A stretch of 64,000 nt of DNA, taken from positions 29,264,001 to 29,328,000 of the forward strand of contig OZ024741.1 in the NCBI GenBank assembly GCA_964016885.1. The letters are read 5' to 3'. Positions 12,290-26,870 of the stretch are shown piece by piece. Position 1 is the first letter of the stretch, and each line of letters begins with the position of its first letter. This DNA comes from Eledone cirrhosa (Eukaryota). The notes under the pieces were generated by a model. It made no database searches and was not told the origin of the DNA. It was given only the letters and a program-made list of their open reading frames with translations. The position numbers and the translations under genes were made by a program.

Positions 12290-12800
12290 TAACTTTATTC
12301 AGAGGTGGTTTGTATTTTTGAATAAATATATTTTATTTATTTATTCGAGTTTGGTCTGTGGTATTGTCTGGACAAAGGTAAAGTGGAAAGATCTGAAATT
12401 TGGGAGACTTTTTGTTGCACATAGGTCTAAATATCAACTAAGTGGTATCTGTCTTGTGGTGGGGCCTCTTAATTGTCGGCAATGAATTGTCATTCTGTTT
12501 CTGAGGGTGACTTATGTTTGTCCTATGTAATCTTAGTTACATACTTTACGTTTCATAAGCATGCATTAGATATTTTGATGGATAGATAAATGATTCTTTA
12601 CAACAAATGTTTGTCCTGATTTCAATGTATACAATATGCCTTCAATGAGGTAAATGCAAATTACGCAATTAGGGTGACCACACGGTTTGACTGTTGGTGT
12701 TGGGTTTGTGGTGGATAATTTGGCTCTAGTGAGTAGTTTTTAAAAGGACTTTGGTTGTCTTTTACTTTTGATTATGTTATATGTTTCGAGTATAGAGGTA
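12290..12800 (-). pseudogene. Decayed GIY-YIG region of the PLE family at 38361
   Basis: Reverse complement matches 39450-39930 (e.g. ctcagaaacagaatgaca, cagataccact, aaaagacaacc). Confidence 0.7.
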
Positions 12801-12833
12801 TTTATTTACGCTTTAATTCATATTTTTAATTAT

Positions 12834-13120
12834 CGTGTCTATACTCTGCCTCTCATAGGTTATAGATTCCATACACAGGTGGTTTTTCCCTGTTTTATTG
12901 ATAGCGCACTGTATCTCTCTCTGGTGTGTTACCTTTTCAACATATTGTATTTATATATATATATATGAAAAAGAATTTGCCATATATATATAAAGCAGTA
13001 CCGTGTCTATACTCTGCCTTTCATAGGTTATAGATTCCATACACTGGTGGTTTTTTCCCTGTTTTATTGATAGCGCACTGTATCTCTCTCTGGTGTGTTA
13101 CCTTTTCAACATATTATATT
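12834..13120 (+). repeat. Direct repeat of about 118 bp (12834-12951 and 13002-13120)
   Basis: Near-identical copies separated by short (TA)n. Confidence 0.85.
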
Positions 13121-13253
13121 TTAAAGAGCTCATGATTTCCTCTCCTTTGAGCACAAAGTACCAGTAATGCACTGGGTAATTGCTGGCCTTGTGCCTAAAG
13201 TAGAAACAATTATTTACAGGGAATGGCGAGAGTCTATGGTTCCGTTAATTTAT

Positions 13254-13314
<61 letters not shown>

Positions 13315-13335
13315 TATACATATAAATATACATAC

Positions 13336-13392
<57 letters not shown>

Positions 13393-13406
13393 CGTGTGTG
13401 TGTGTG

Positions 13407-13492
<86 letters not shown>

Positions 13493-13563
13493 CGATGTCA
13501 GTCTGTGTCTGTGTTAGTGTATGAAAATGTAAATATATATATTCATAAGAGAGAGAGAGAGAC

Positions 13564-13658
<95 letters not shown>

Positions 13659-16429
13659 TAGGAGAGAGATGGTGGTAGAGGAAGATTGTTTGAATTTATG
13701 TTGGTAGACACTGTTCTTTTGATGGATGTATTCACTGTAGAAATAACATATGTCAAACCACGAAGTCTTCAAAAGTGAATCAATTGCAAAGAAACCTTGC
13801 CATCGATTTCATAGTTTTATTGATAATTATATATTTTTAGAATGGTATAAACAGTTAAAAAGTGTTTGTGTGTTTCCATACCTCGCAGACATTATAAATT
13901 TTATGACTTATCCTGTTGTAATGTGACGTTATATGTTTTGTTTACAGATTTCATCCGGCCGGAATGGCAAACCTCGCAAAATGTTTTTCCCACTGGTTGT
14001 TATAGTTTAGTATTCATATAAAAATGAGAGAACTCATCGCTAGAACAGCTATTAAAACAGCAATAGGCAAAATGCCTCAGAGGACAGGGACCAGTAGCCT
14101 GTGGTCGGCAGAGAGATAATCCATGAGGTCGGTGACAGGCAGATGAAATATAGAAAAGATTGAGAAGGAGAAGTGTGTTAGCGCATAGAAGTGTGTTGGA
14201 AGAAGGAAATAAAGAAAGGCGATGTACAAGACAAGTTAACACACACATATCTTGACTCTCATCAACGCTCAAACGCTCAAACCAGCAAAATGGTTTCGCA
14301 CGATTTAATTGAGAATACCATTTTAAAATACTGGATCGTACAACAGAAAAATTAATCTTAGTTGTAGGAAGGAAGTTATTCTTCAGTCAGACACCTTGTT
14401 CAAATGCTTACAACAAAGCCCAAAATTTAACTTTGTTAAAGGCAGCTAATATACCACGTGATGTTGTTAAACCTGATGATAGAGTATGTCTTGCACTCAA
14501 GAAGGTAGACAGCATGACCAGATCAAATATCATGAAACATTTCGTCCAGTTCTAACAATTCAGTTACATCATTTCACCTGCATCACCTATTGTGGCTAGG
14601 TGTTTATAGAGCAGGGGTTTCAATTGTAATAATTCACATACCCCACTTACTCTCTTAGTCCCGTAACTCCCGAGGGCGCCGTATTAACATACACCGTCGC
14701 TAGGGCATTTTTTAAAAACCTGGCAGAGTCCATCTCTTCTCTAGGTCTGAATACAATAGTTTTCTTCCAGGGAAAGATAAAGAGTGAGAGCATGGAAGCG
14801 AGAAAAAAATACAGGAAGAATAAACCCTAGTACTTTTTCTATCGACCCCGAATGAATGAATGGCAAAGTTGACCTCGGTAGGATTTGAAATGAGAGAGCA
14901 GAAAGTGGAAACGAATACGGCAAATGACTCTAATGACTCTGCTATCTACTCCCCACTCATATGTGTATTCATTTTGATGAAAAACATACGTCTCAGTCAA
15001 TCAGCTCTAGTGTATCTAGCAATATAATTGTTGTAACTCCCTCCCCCCGCCCCACACACTCATCCCAATCTTTGACCTCTGTGCGTCTTCCTCGGGATGT
15101 AGTAGCTTGTTTGAGTCCTTATGTTTGAGTCTACTGATATAGCAGATAGTGATCGGAAACTTGCGCATTGGTTTAAGGAACAAGTTCTGGACGTATGTCA
15201 AAACAGGGGTCCCCAGCGACTTGCTCCTTCATTACACCTAACCCTAATTCCCAGAAGTGCCACCATTTCTTGGCTAACATCAGAACAACGATTAATCATC
15301 TACGTTGGTTCACCCAGACAGTGTGAACAACCGAATGATTTTCCTTTCGTCACATATACCAAATCCTACATTCATTTATCTAAAACAAATAAACCCCACA
15401 ATCCTCACAAAACACCGTCTAGAAAGTATTACCTCCCAGAAAATATATTCAACACATAGACACATACTTTTCACACCTCCATATACAGCCCACACCCTCT
15501 CACAGTCCACACGCTCTCACAGTCAACACCCTTTCACAGTCCACACACTCTCACATTATCCACATATGCATACACAAAAAACCTAATCCGCAAGAAACAC
15601 AACAATCGCCATTAGCGACATCTCCTTTACTGCGTCCGTCTTTTCCATCACTTCCACCTTTTCGCTATGCGAGATTTAATGAAAATACGCATCTTTCGCG
15701 TCTCCTTCAAAAGATTGTTTTCCTCCCTCTCTTTCTTGTTTTCTATCGAATTACAACTTCGAGAAACGTCAGATAATTCTTCATTTCGTCCTTAAAGCAT
15801 ACAAACTAAAACACTTTACTGTGTATTGTCATTTCTTTCATTTATTTTTCTGTTTTATTTCAGAGACATTTCCAATGTTAGAAAAACGACAGAAAAACAG
15901 AAACAAAATCAATAACAATACTACCTGCAACAAACAATATTAAAACAAGACAAATGATAAAATAAAGTACAGTTTAACAAATTAGATTTAACACAAAACA
16001 TCTATTTTGTTCATAATTACTCAATAATTTAATTGTTAACCAATTAATGTCATTTACTGCCATACATCCCATTTGGATACAGCCATTTCCGCTTGAAAGA
16101 TAGTTTTGAGATGCGCAGTCAGCGTGTAGGAGAGCAAAAAGGCCAGTGTAAATATATTGTGCGTTAGCAGGCTATCGACTTGTACTTTTAGAAGTAGCTA
16201 CTGCTTTTATTTTAGCGAATTAATATTATTTCCTTCTCTATTAAGCTAGTTCTGTAAGTGTTCTGGAATAATTTTAATACTCTTACAATAATTTTATTGA
16301 TATAGTTTCACTGTTATTGCTTTACTAATTAAAATGAATAATGGGGAATTATAATTACCAGAAACTATTTGTTTTAAATTGCATGAAGGAATCGAAGCAG
16401 GTCATTGACAAAAGGAAGTGGCAAGTAAT

Positions 16430-16732
16430 GCAAACCATCTCCGTATTCACCACCATCGGCACGGAGTTGGCTGCCCACAAGGGTGAGCCCCGCGAGGTGG
16501 AATGACTCTTCCAGCGAGTTTCCCTCCTCCTCCACCTCCTCCACCTCCTCCTCCCGTGAAACGTCTTCTCTATTCTGTCCGCCGGGGCCGCGGGGCGTCC
16601 AGCGCGTGGGACCCCATTTGCTTATAACAATGAGAGATGAGGAGAGCAGGAGAAACGGAGGAAGTGACAGTGGGAGTTTTGTGTTCGGACATGGAGCATA
16701 TGTATATATTTATTTACCACACCACATTAGTA
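16430..16732 (+). mobile_element. CRE-clade LINE 3' remnant
   Basis: caccaccatcggcacggagttggc...gaggtggaatgactcttccagcg is homologous to 9330-9410, followed by the shared 3' tail. Confidence 0.55.
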
Positions 16733-17272
16733 CTAAACGTGCTTCACTGAATTCGATTTCTGACCATTAAGAAATGAAACAAAAACAAAAGAGAGGCAGT
16801 GGCCTCGTACGATTACTATTTTTGGGTACTTTTTTCCGCATTAAGAAGATATTTTCCAGATTTTATTCAAATATATTAGAGTTAATATACGTTGTAATAG
16901 ATTTCCAAAAAAGCAAAACGTACACTTCAATTTCAAACTTGCCATTAGGTCTACCATTGCTTATATTCTAAAATTCTACCCGAAATATATGAGTTTAAAT
17001 TAATGGAAAGGACTGGGAGGCTTAACCTCTGTGTAGTGTTAATATGGTTGTTGGATAAACGGACGTGACATAGTACTATTCCCTCAGGCGATTTTCTCCA
17101 TGTTTCGGGTCTCAAGGCGTCATAATCTAGATTTTATTCAACTACATTATATTTACCATGCGTTGTAGTGGCCTTTGTAAAAACCAAACATACTCGTGTA
17201 TATATATATAATAAAAAAAAACAAGGAAGTTTAGTTTAGACAGACACACACACATATATATATATATTTAAT

Positions 17273-17538
<266 letters not shown>

Positions 17539-17840
17539 TAAAATAACAGATTAAAGTTTAAGCAAAGAATCGCTGCTTTCACCCTTAACGGGATCTTCTT
17601 TGGATTTTAGTCTTCGGATTTATTATTATTATTATTGCAAGATTCTTTATCTGAAATCGTGTGTTGAAACCGATATTGTTATACTTTGGGAGGGTCATGT
17701 TGCCAATAAGAAACACACGCACCAGTTGCTTTCACTTCAATTTATTATATATTTATAAATTTATAAATTTACAAATCTACAAACTTATAAATTTCTGGTT
17801 GGTTGGTTGGTTCCACAACCAGATAGTTGTTTATATATAT

Positions 17841-17885
17841 AGTCATAGTCCTTTCGTCACACACTCTGTGACCTCTTCAGTGACT
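17841..17885 (-). ncRNA. Type I hammerhead
   Basis: Reverse complement of 18001-18045. Confidence 0.85.
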
Positions 17886-18000
17886 GGGGATTCCTTTCTT
17901 CTCTTCGTTTCTGCGCCTTTTCTTTCTTCTATCCTACGCCATTTTGTCGTAGGATAGAAGAAAAAAAAGGCACAGAAACGAAGAGAAGAAAGGAATCCCC

Positions 18001-18045
18001 AGTCACTGAAGAGGTCACAGAGTGTGTGACGAAAGGACTATGACT
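18001..18045 (+). ncRNA. Type I hammerhead
   Basis: AGTCA-CTGAAGA-g-GTCACA gagtg TGTGAC-GAAA-GGAC-TA^-TGACT. Confidence 0.85.
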
Positions 18046-18209
18046 ATATATATAAACAACTATCTGGTTGTGGAACCAACCAACCAACCAACCAGAAATT
18101 TATAAGTTTGTAGATTTGTAAATTTATAAATTTATAAATATATAATAAATTGAAGTGAAAGCAACTGGAGAGTGTGTTTCTTATTGGCAACATGACCCTC
18201 CCAAAGTAT

Positions 18210-18240
<31 letters not shown>

Positions 18241-19834
18241 CTTAGAACAGCAACTCTATCAAGAAATAGAGGAAAAATATAGTACTGACTTTAGAAAGTA
18301 CATTGAAAAATCTTGGAAGAGATACCTTGACGACTGTTTTATCATCTGGACAGAATCTCTAGATACTCTGGATGAGTTCAATATCCTCCTGAATAACCTA
18401 CACCCATCTCCCCAATTCACAAAAGAGATGAGTAGTACCAAATTACCATTCCTAGATATAATGATAATCAAAAACGACACCACCATTACCACGGATATAT
18501 ATTATAAACACACAGACACCCATCAATATCTGAATTTTAAGTCGTGCCATCCACCTCATACAAAACGCAACTTCCCATACTGCCTAGCCAGAAGAATTTG
18601 TACCATTGTAGAAGATACGAATACCAGGTACAAACGCCTAACAGAACTAAGAGAATTTTTGCTCAAACAAAAATACCCATCTCTACTTATAGAAAATGGC
18701 ATACAGCGGGCTATAAAAATACCTATACAACAACTTAGGACAACCCAAGGAAGAGAAACCAAGAACTGATCATACCATATCACCAGAATATCTTCAACAC
18801 GGCCAAAGCAAACCTACCGATTATTGCTCAAAATAATGAATTAAAAGGCTTAATCACAGATCGATCTTTGACTCTTAGTAAAAGACAGCCGAAAATTTTG
18901 AAGCAATCACTAACAAAAGCAAAGTTTGACCTTAACAACAAAGACCAATCATTCACTGTATCTAAATGCAATGATAGTCGATGTGGCACATCTCAATCCA
19001 TACACGCCGGTCAATATATGAAAGCAAAAACTGGAAAAATATTCCCAAATGCAAATATGAACTGCAAAAGCAGAAATCTAATTTACTGCATTAAATACCC
19101 GAATTGTGAAGAACTATATGTATTTCAAACAGGAAATGCACTATCGGAACGTGCACGGGTACACCGACAGCAAATCAGAGACCCAAATGTCCGTCAGATA
19201 CCCCTAAGTAACCATCTAGCAACATGTGGTCAGGGAATATTTATAATATTCCCATTCTACAAATTACACAGCCCAAGTGAAATCAAGAGAAAATTCAAAG
19301 AAAAGAATTTTATTGATAAGATCAAACCCAAGCTAAATGAACAATAATAATGGGGTATCCTACTATGACTATGACTACGACCACTAACAACAACAGCAAT
19401 AATAATAATAATAAAAGTGATGTTGATGGTGATGATTACTAGAAAATGGTATTTTCATCATTTCTAAAAATAGCAAAACAATTGATGCTTTGGATAGGGT
19501 CAATTAGTAGTCGTTAGACATGCTCAACCATCCGCAATCCAGTGAAACTACACACCGATTGGTCGAAATACAGTTTGCAAGATTTAGCATTCTGGAGCCA
19601 CTTTTCACTGTATATAAGGCACAAAATTTACCCATCTGATTACAGTTGAAAATTGCAAACTTGACTGTCACCACACAATATGAACCTGAAGATTACGAAA
19701 GCATGAAAGTACTTGTTCAATTAACACTTAACATTTAATATTCTACCACACTATTTCATTCTAATACCATTATAAATTTTAAAGGATTGTAAATAAAACG
19801 AGTAAATCAGACAAAGTTGGAATTCCTTTTATTA
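18241..19834 (+). pseudogene. 5'-truncated Penelope-like element (family 1, Neptune-like), ORF broken
   Basis: Highly similar to 27690-29374; RYLDD motif and GIY-YIG region present; stop/deletion near 18770; (TA)n on both sides. Confidence 0.9.
19681..19719 (+). ncRNA. PLE 3' hammerhead with a stem II mismatch
   Basis: TGAAC-CTGAAGA-tTAC gaaa GCAt-GAAA-GTAC-TT^-GTTCA. Confidence 0.75.
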
Positions 19835-19862
19835 ATACATATATATATATACATACACACAC

Positions 19863-20121
<259 letters not shown>

Positions 20122-20127
20122 GATAGA

Positions 20128-20178
<51 letters not shown>

Positions 20179-20278
20179 TTACCGGTTTCACAGTTATTTT
20201 CAAAAGTAGAATAGAGATGGAGGGGGTTTTATTTTTTCATTTGAAAAAAAAACCTTATCTTCTTATATATACAATATA

Positions 20279-20320
<42 letters not shown>

Positions 20321-20323
<3 letters not shown>

Positions 20324-20450
20324 CGAAGGAAGTGTGGTAAGGAACCAAGTGGACCATAACGCACCTGAGTACTCTACACTTATGGTAGTAGAGTGGGTTC
20401 GGATCTACCTGTCAAAACGGCCGGAGCTCAGCCGTCGGAGACCTGACTCT
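20321..20450. mobile_element. Rearranged 3' end of the 50971 PLE family
   Basis: Matches 50971-51047, then 5778-5832; TA-flanked. Confidence 0.65.
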
Positions 20451-21298
20451 TTATACATATACATATATATATGTGTGTGTGTGAGTGTATGTGGTGTGAG
20501 TGTGTTTGTGTTATATATACGCACCGCGCATGTGTGTGTAAGTGTTACGCTTTGTATTTATCAGGCAGTGCTACAAATCCCATACTTATTAACAAAATTA
20601 GTTAGCACAAACCATAGAAATTATTCATAAATTAAGTTGAAAGATGTTTGATTTAAACGAAATAAACATGGCAGAGTGAAGTGAATGAATAATTGAAGGT
20701 ATCTGAATATTATTAGATAATTTATCCCTATTACTTTAAACTCAGTTAATCCGAAATGTACCATTTTTGCTGATATAAACAGAATGTTATCCATGTACAA
20801 CGTATGGGATGAAATATCACCAACGAGCAGCTTTCAAGACCAGAAGATACGGAGTCGGAAATGAAGATATTAAGCAGATGATTGTTTCAATATTTATCAA
20901 CTGATTTATGGCTCAACGACGCGTTAAGAGATTGGTCACCTATGAACAATAGTAATTGTCCAACTATCCCAGCAGGTCTACAACACCAAATCACCTGGCT
21001 TCAGGGTCAGAGCTAGACCACGCCGGCAAAGAACTGACAAATTCTCAGATATGTTCTTTACCCACTTGGTACTATCACAGGCCGCCGCACGCCATAACCC
21101 TGCGACACCTTCCCAGAAGCGCTTGTGAAAAAAAAACAAGCGAAAAACACCATCGTATGAAGGGAAATATATTCAAATATATGGCACATTATACGTAAAG
21201 CTTTGAATATTGTTTCTACGAAGCGATAAGAAAAGGAAACCTCACCACTCTAAAATATTTAGTTTAGATCGACATATTCCAGTAACACAAATATCTGC

Positions 21299-21409
<111 letters not shown>

Positions 21410-22409
21410 GAGAGAGAAAGAGAGGGAGAGAGAAATATATATATATGTGTGTATGTGTGTGTGAATGTGACCGACTGTGTATGTGTTTGTGTATGAATAG
21501 GTGTGACTCAGGTGTGTGTGTGAGTATTTGTGTATTTGAGATATTCAGCTTAAATAATGAAATCTATGGATAATTTTATTTGTTCAGTACTTATTATTCA
21601 AGTTAAAATATATTTTTACACCAGAAAATTTAGCAGCAGTCACATAACAGCAATAGGAACAACAGGAAGAAAAAAAATAAAAAGAAAAAGAAAGAAAAGG
21701 CAACGGTATGTAGAACACCGACTGTTAGCAACAACAACAACAAAAACAACAGTAGCCACAACAATACAAAACAACAACAACAACAAAAGTTCAATAGCAA
21801 AAAAATAAAGATAAGAATCTGAATGTAAACCAAAATCTCTTATCGACTGCATTAAATAACATTAATGATTAAAATCTCCAAAATCCGTTTCCAATACCAA
21901 TAATTAACTGAAGTGCTTCCTAGCCACATGTGTTTAGCAATATTTACTAGTATTTTAATTAACAAATAAACAAAAATGTATACGCTACTCTGTCAATGAA
22001 GGAGTTTCTACACAGTTGCTAGATACGTTGAAAATAGCAGCCAAAACTCTCTCATATTAAAACCTATACCTCTTTGCTATCAGTAAAAAGGACAACCGCT
22101 GGAGAGATTCTTGAGCAGCAATATCATACATGTGGAATTGTCGTAGCAAATTACAAAGATACTTTTTACTTGTTTTCGTATATTTTTACTTGTTTTCGTT
22201 GGGTATATTCTTTTTCAGGAGACACTCTCTCCTCGGTTAGAGACAGACATGTCTATCACACCTGCCTAGACACTGGAAAGGTAAAAGATGAAGAAAATAC
22301 TGCCTACAATACATTATTCGAGACTGGCAAAATAATTTACTGACTCTGGAAGAAAGAAATGTGATGTTGACATCGACATCATTTGATATCAGAACATACA
22401 AATTCGGAT

Positions 22410-22914
22410 CAATTAGTGAGAGGCATTTTGTCCAAAACTGAAATAGTCTGTGGAATAACGTTACTCGATAGATTGCGTAGCTCGGAGATCAGAGAGTCAC
22501 TCTCGGTAGAACGGCTATTTCTCCAAATCGAGAGATCACTGCTTCGATACTACAGGCATGTGGTTACAACGTCTCAGGAAAGTCGCTTGACATATTTTAT
22601 TTGTAAAACTAACTGGAAGGAAACCCAGGAGTAGACTTAGAGCAAGATGGTTGGATAACATCTATGAGTTTTGGTGTTCTCGCTTGGGGTTCCAGTTGGA
22701 TCAGTTGGAGACAGTTGCTTGTTACAGAACCCGCAGGAAGATTAAGGTCTCTGCCCTCTCGACCCTCTTAGGAGTAAGTGAGCGAAGAAGAAGAAGAAGA
22801 AGAAGAAGAAGAAGAAGAAGAAGAAGAAGAAGAAGAAGAAGAAGAAGAAGAAGAAGAAGAAGAAGAAGAAGAAGAAGAAGAAGAAGAAGAAGAAGAAGAA
22901 GAAGAAGAAGAAGA
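22410..22914 (+). mobile_element. RTE-type LINE 3' fragment with (AAG)n tract
   Basis: GITLLDRLRSSEIRESLSVERLFLQIERSLLRYYRHV is a typical RTE C-terminal region; (AAG)n at 22784-22914. Confidence 0.7.
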
Positions 22915-23194
22915 ATGCTCCAGAAACTTATCGACTTATTGATTTGAAACGACAAAGAGTTTTGCTAATTCGCTAACATTTAAACATTATCTCCTTGAAA
23001 ACTAACTCCCTGAAATGTTGAAGAGGTGGTAGCCGCGAAACTATGCTGTGAGGACAATGTGAAACGACATTTCAATGAAGTAGGCGACAAATAGATGGAA
23101 CAATACAGATAAATACACATAAGTGTTGGTCTTCTCTCTCTTTCACTCACTGCCTCAGACTCTCTCGCTATTCCCATCTCTCACTATTATAAGC

Positions 23195-23460
23195 AAATGG
23201 GAGCTCCCGCGATGGCCACCCCCACAGTCCCAGAAGGCACTTCCCTGAAGGATGGTGAGGGTGATGTGTTGGAAGAGCTATTCCAGCTCACGAAGCTCAC
23301 ATCTGCAGGTAGCCAACTCTGTGCCGATGGTAGTGAGTAGGGAGGTAGTCCTAAGGCCAAGGACACCAGATGTCTCCATAGCTACGGGCTCGACCGTAAG
23401 TCTATCGGAGAGCGACCGATACTTGGTGAATTTACCCTCCTCGGCAAAACCTGCATTAGT
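23195..23460 (-). mobile_element. CRE-clade LINE remnant
   Basis: Reverse complement of 9240-9440. Confidence 0.65.
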
Positions 23461-24035
23461 CGTAGTCTTAGAACTTCTATTGTGGATGTTGTAGGCGGAG
23501 TTTCTATGAAAATAAATAATTTTCTCTAGATAAATTTCTGCAGCCAGATTTCAGAACGGTTTTGTTCTCCAATTTTAATTCCTACGACATTGCTGTTTCC
23601 ATAGAATCCTCTTGTTTGGAGAAGTCTAGACACAATTCGGTAAAATCACAGACGAGAATTAGTAGGTTAGAACATCTAGTAAGGTTGAGGTATACAAGAC
23701 CTGTAGTTTCAGCAGACATTTGAATGAAAGGGAATGAGAGGTAGTCATTATGGACAACATAGGCTTTATAAGAACACCAACTTTACTTGTTTCATATGAC
23801 TTCTCCTCTCACTGCTGAATCCTTGCGAATACAACTGAAATAAAATAACTGTTTCTACTTTTGGCACAAGGCCAGCAATAATCCAGTACATTACTGGTAC
23901 TTTATCTATGCTAGACAGTAATCTGAACTCCTGTATATGACCTCTCAATGAAGAATATAAATTATACTTAGTTAAAGTAGTAAATAAACAAAGTATCATA
24001 AAGTAAATAAACAAAAATAAACAAAGTATCATATA

Positions 24036-24220
24036 TATTGTTTCTACTTTTGGCACCACAAGGCCAGCAACTACTCAGTGCATTACTGGTACTTTATTTT
24101 ATCGAACCCGTAAGGATGAAAGGCAAAGTTAACCTCGGCGGGATTTGAACTCAGAATGGCAAGGGCCGTAACTCTATGCGTCAACGCATGGCGTCCGACC
24201 CTCTACCGATACTGCCAATC
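24036..24220 (-). mobile_element. tRNA-derived SINE (MetaSINE-like)
   Basis: Full reverse-complement copy; an additional 3' fragment lies at 23848-23905. Confidence 0.85.
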
Positions 24221-24342
24221 CATATGTGTGTTTGTGTGTGTATATATAGGTACATACATGCACACACATATATACGTGTATAAATACATATATGTATGAA
24301 CATATATGCGAATATAGTATATATATATATATATATCATTTT

Positions 24343-24384
<42 letters not shown>

Positions 24385-24659
24385 TGTGTGTGTGTGTGTG
24401 TGTGTGCATGTGTGTGTGTATGTGTGTGCGTGTGTGTGTGCCTGCCTGTTAGGGTGTTCGTGTGCTAGTGTGTATAATCCCGAATACTCTGTGTAGACTC
24501 AAATTCCTTGTTTAACGGACAGTTTACGGAAACGAAAGACTGAGCAAATGAAATACTGATATAAATGCTTAGTTTAACTAGAAATGCGTTTACTTTTATT
24601 CATAAATTCATAATACAGGTGAATCGTATATTCATACATATATAACATATTGACAATTA

Positions 24660-24730
<71 letters not shown>

Positions 24731-24738
24731 CATATATA

Positions 24739-25390
24739 TAGTATAAAAAAACGAAAAATCATGGATGCATCTGAATCCAGTTTATTGCGTGTTACACTAG
24801 TTTCGCCGGCAGGTAACTCGAGACATGATCACTGAATTGATCTGGCTGATTCTACGGCTGCAGGTTCCTTCGGACACGGGTAGTTCGTTCGGAGCAAATT
24901 TTCTCACTGAGGTGTTATTGTCAAAAGAACACCTTCAAAAAATGTATATGTGTGAGTACATACTCTGGAGTGTGAACAGAGTGTGAGATACCGAACCCAG
25001 CATGACTCCATTGAGATGTGTCGGACGGAAAATGGGTGATGACCCGTGTAGCAGTAAATAGTGACCAGAACTTAAGATGACGTGGAATGGGAACAGCCAA
25101 TGGCATGACAGGAGTGGAAGATGTTTTTTGAAGGTGTTCTTTGACGATAACACCTCAGTGAGAAAATTAGCTCCGAACGAACTACCCGTGTCCGAAGGAA
25201 CTTGCAGCCGTAGAATCAGCCAGATCAATGCAGTGATCATGTCTCGAGCTACCTGCCGGCGAAACAATTGTAACACGCAATAAACTGAGTCCAGATGCAT
25301 CACTGATTTTTCGTTTTTTTTATACTATCCACACTCTACTCTGTTTGAATATTGAGCGCTAATTTTGGCATAACGCCTATGGAAGCACCA
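24739..25390. mobile_element. Fold-back element with a non-canonical HHR-like motif
   Basis: Arms 24739-24942 and 25124-25327, about 180-bp spacer, tail to 25390, TA-flanked. Confidence 0.8.
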
Positions 25391-25405
25391 TAGCTACCAT
25401 TATAC

Positions 25406-25477
<72 letters not shown>

Positions 25478-25495
25478 ATATATATGTATATATAT

Positions 25496-26023
25496 GGCAA
25501 CCCCACCAAGGTTTCTTGGTGAGGAGGGTGACTTTGGAAATCCTGCAGGACTAAAAACAAAACCTGTCAAAGGGCAAAGAAGCTCTTAAGAGTCAATGGC
25601 CATCCAAAATCACCGAGAGAGATGACCCCTTAGCCTTTGTCAAGGCAGAATTCTAGGAGAAGGAAAACTCTGATATAACCCCTGCAGCCCTGATTGTATC
25701 CAATGATGTTGACTTGTTCTTATTTTTGGTAAATATCATCTTGGTTAAGAGAGTGGTACTGGCTTTGTGCAGTGCGTTTGCTCACTATAAGAGTTTCACG
25801 GCACAGGCATTGCTTTATATCTGAAGATCTCTCTGAACTTGTCGTCACATGGTACCATGATCCCAGCATTATGTGTCAATAATTGTCAGAAGTGTAGTGT
25901 TTGTACCAGAGCTTTCAAGTCCCTGGGTGGACTAAAAAGTCACACTCGTTCAGTGCATCGGTAGGGGTTCTCCTACATGGATATAAAGTAGTGGCCGTAC
26001 TCGAAAACGAGTTGGCAGCCACC
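25496..26023 (+). mobile_element. Non-autonomous RTE-derived element ending in a C2H2 coding remnant
   Basis: The 3' part translates KCSVCTRAFKSLGGLKSHTRSVHR*; terminal ctcgaaaacgag hairpin; second copy at 49097-49503; TA-flanked. Confidence 0.55.
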
Positions 26024-26175
26024 ATATGTATATATATGTATGTATATATATATATGTATATATATATATGTGTATTTATAAATGTATATATACACATACA
26101 CTACTCACACACATATACATGCATACATACACGCACATATATATATACATATATATATATATAAATAATATATAT

Positions 26176-26303
<128 letters not shown>

Positions 26304-26711
26304 GTATTACGAGATGTAGTGATGGTAGTTTGTGCACTGTCCTCGCACGAAATTAAGGTCAACAACTTCAGAAAAGTTCAGAGGAATAATTGAATTCATA
26401 ATCTGTAGGAAATTGATTTAGACTTTAGACGATAAGCGAAAGTTATGATTGAAAATATTTATTAAATTTCAATTTTCTCCTATCGTGTCTTTTAAAATGT
26501 GTTGATTTAGAATTATTTTAACTCCGATGTTTTCAATGAAAAATCTAGAAAGGAAGGAAGAAAGAAGAAATTAATACAATATCTGTAGATGTATCATAGA
26601 TGAAATATGAAAGTGGACAGTGACTAGACAAGACGCGATCTTCGTCTTCTCGCATTAACGAGATATATCTGAATATCGTCTCGTTTTGTTTTATCCAGAT
26701 ATCTATAGATT

Positions 26712-26796
<85 letters not shown>

Positions 26797-26805
26797 GTAT
26801 GTATG

Positions 26806-26870
<65 letters not shown>

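Larger units (their letters stand above)
17673..18217. mobile_element. About 545-bp near-perfect fold-back element with two divergent HHRs
   Basis: Arms of about 270 bp centred near 17943; followed by (TA)n. Confidence 0.85.

Noticed and set aside
14470-14512. CTGATGA followed by a GAGT/ACTC stem
   Set aside because: No GAAA/UH arrangement or stem I, so it was not called an HHR.
17565-17602. Minus-strand GAAGA-TCCC gttaa GGGT-GAAA
   Set aside because: C3/U4 and the cleavage site are lost; probably a decayed HHR but not supportable.
17673-18217. Interpreting the fold-backs as TA-targeting Tc1/mariner MITEs
   Set aside because: Across these elements the arms are often asymmetric with a unique 3' tail, contain HHRs and mirror the inverted-pLTR structure of the coding PLEs; a DNA-transposon origin fits worse, though it is not formally excluded.
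23905-24000. About 95-bp sequence repeated at 31365-31460
   Set aside because: It is a real dispersed duplicate but has no diagnostic termini, so it cannot be classified.
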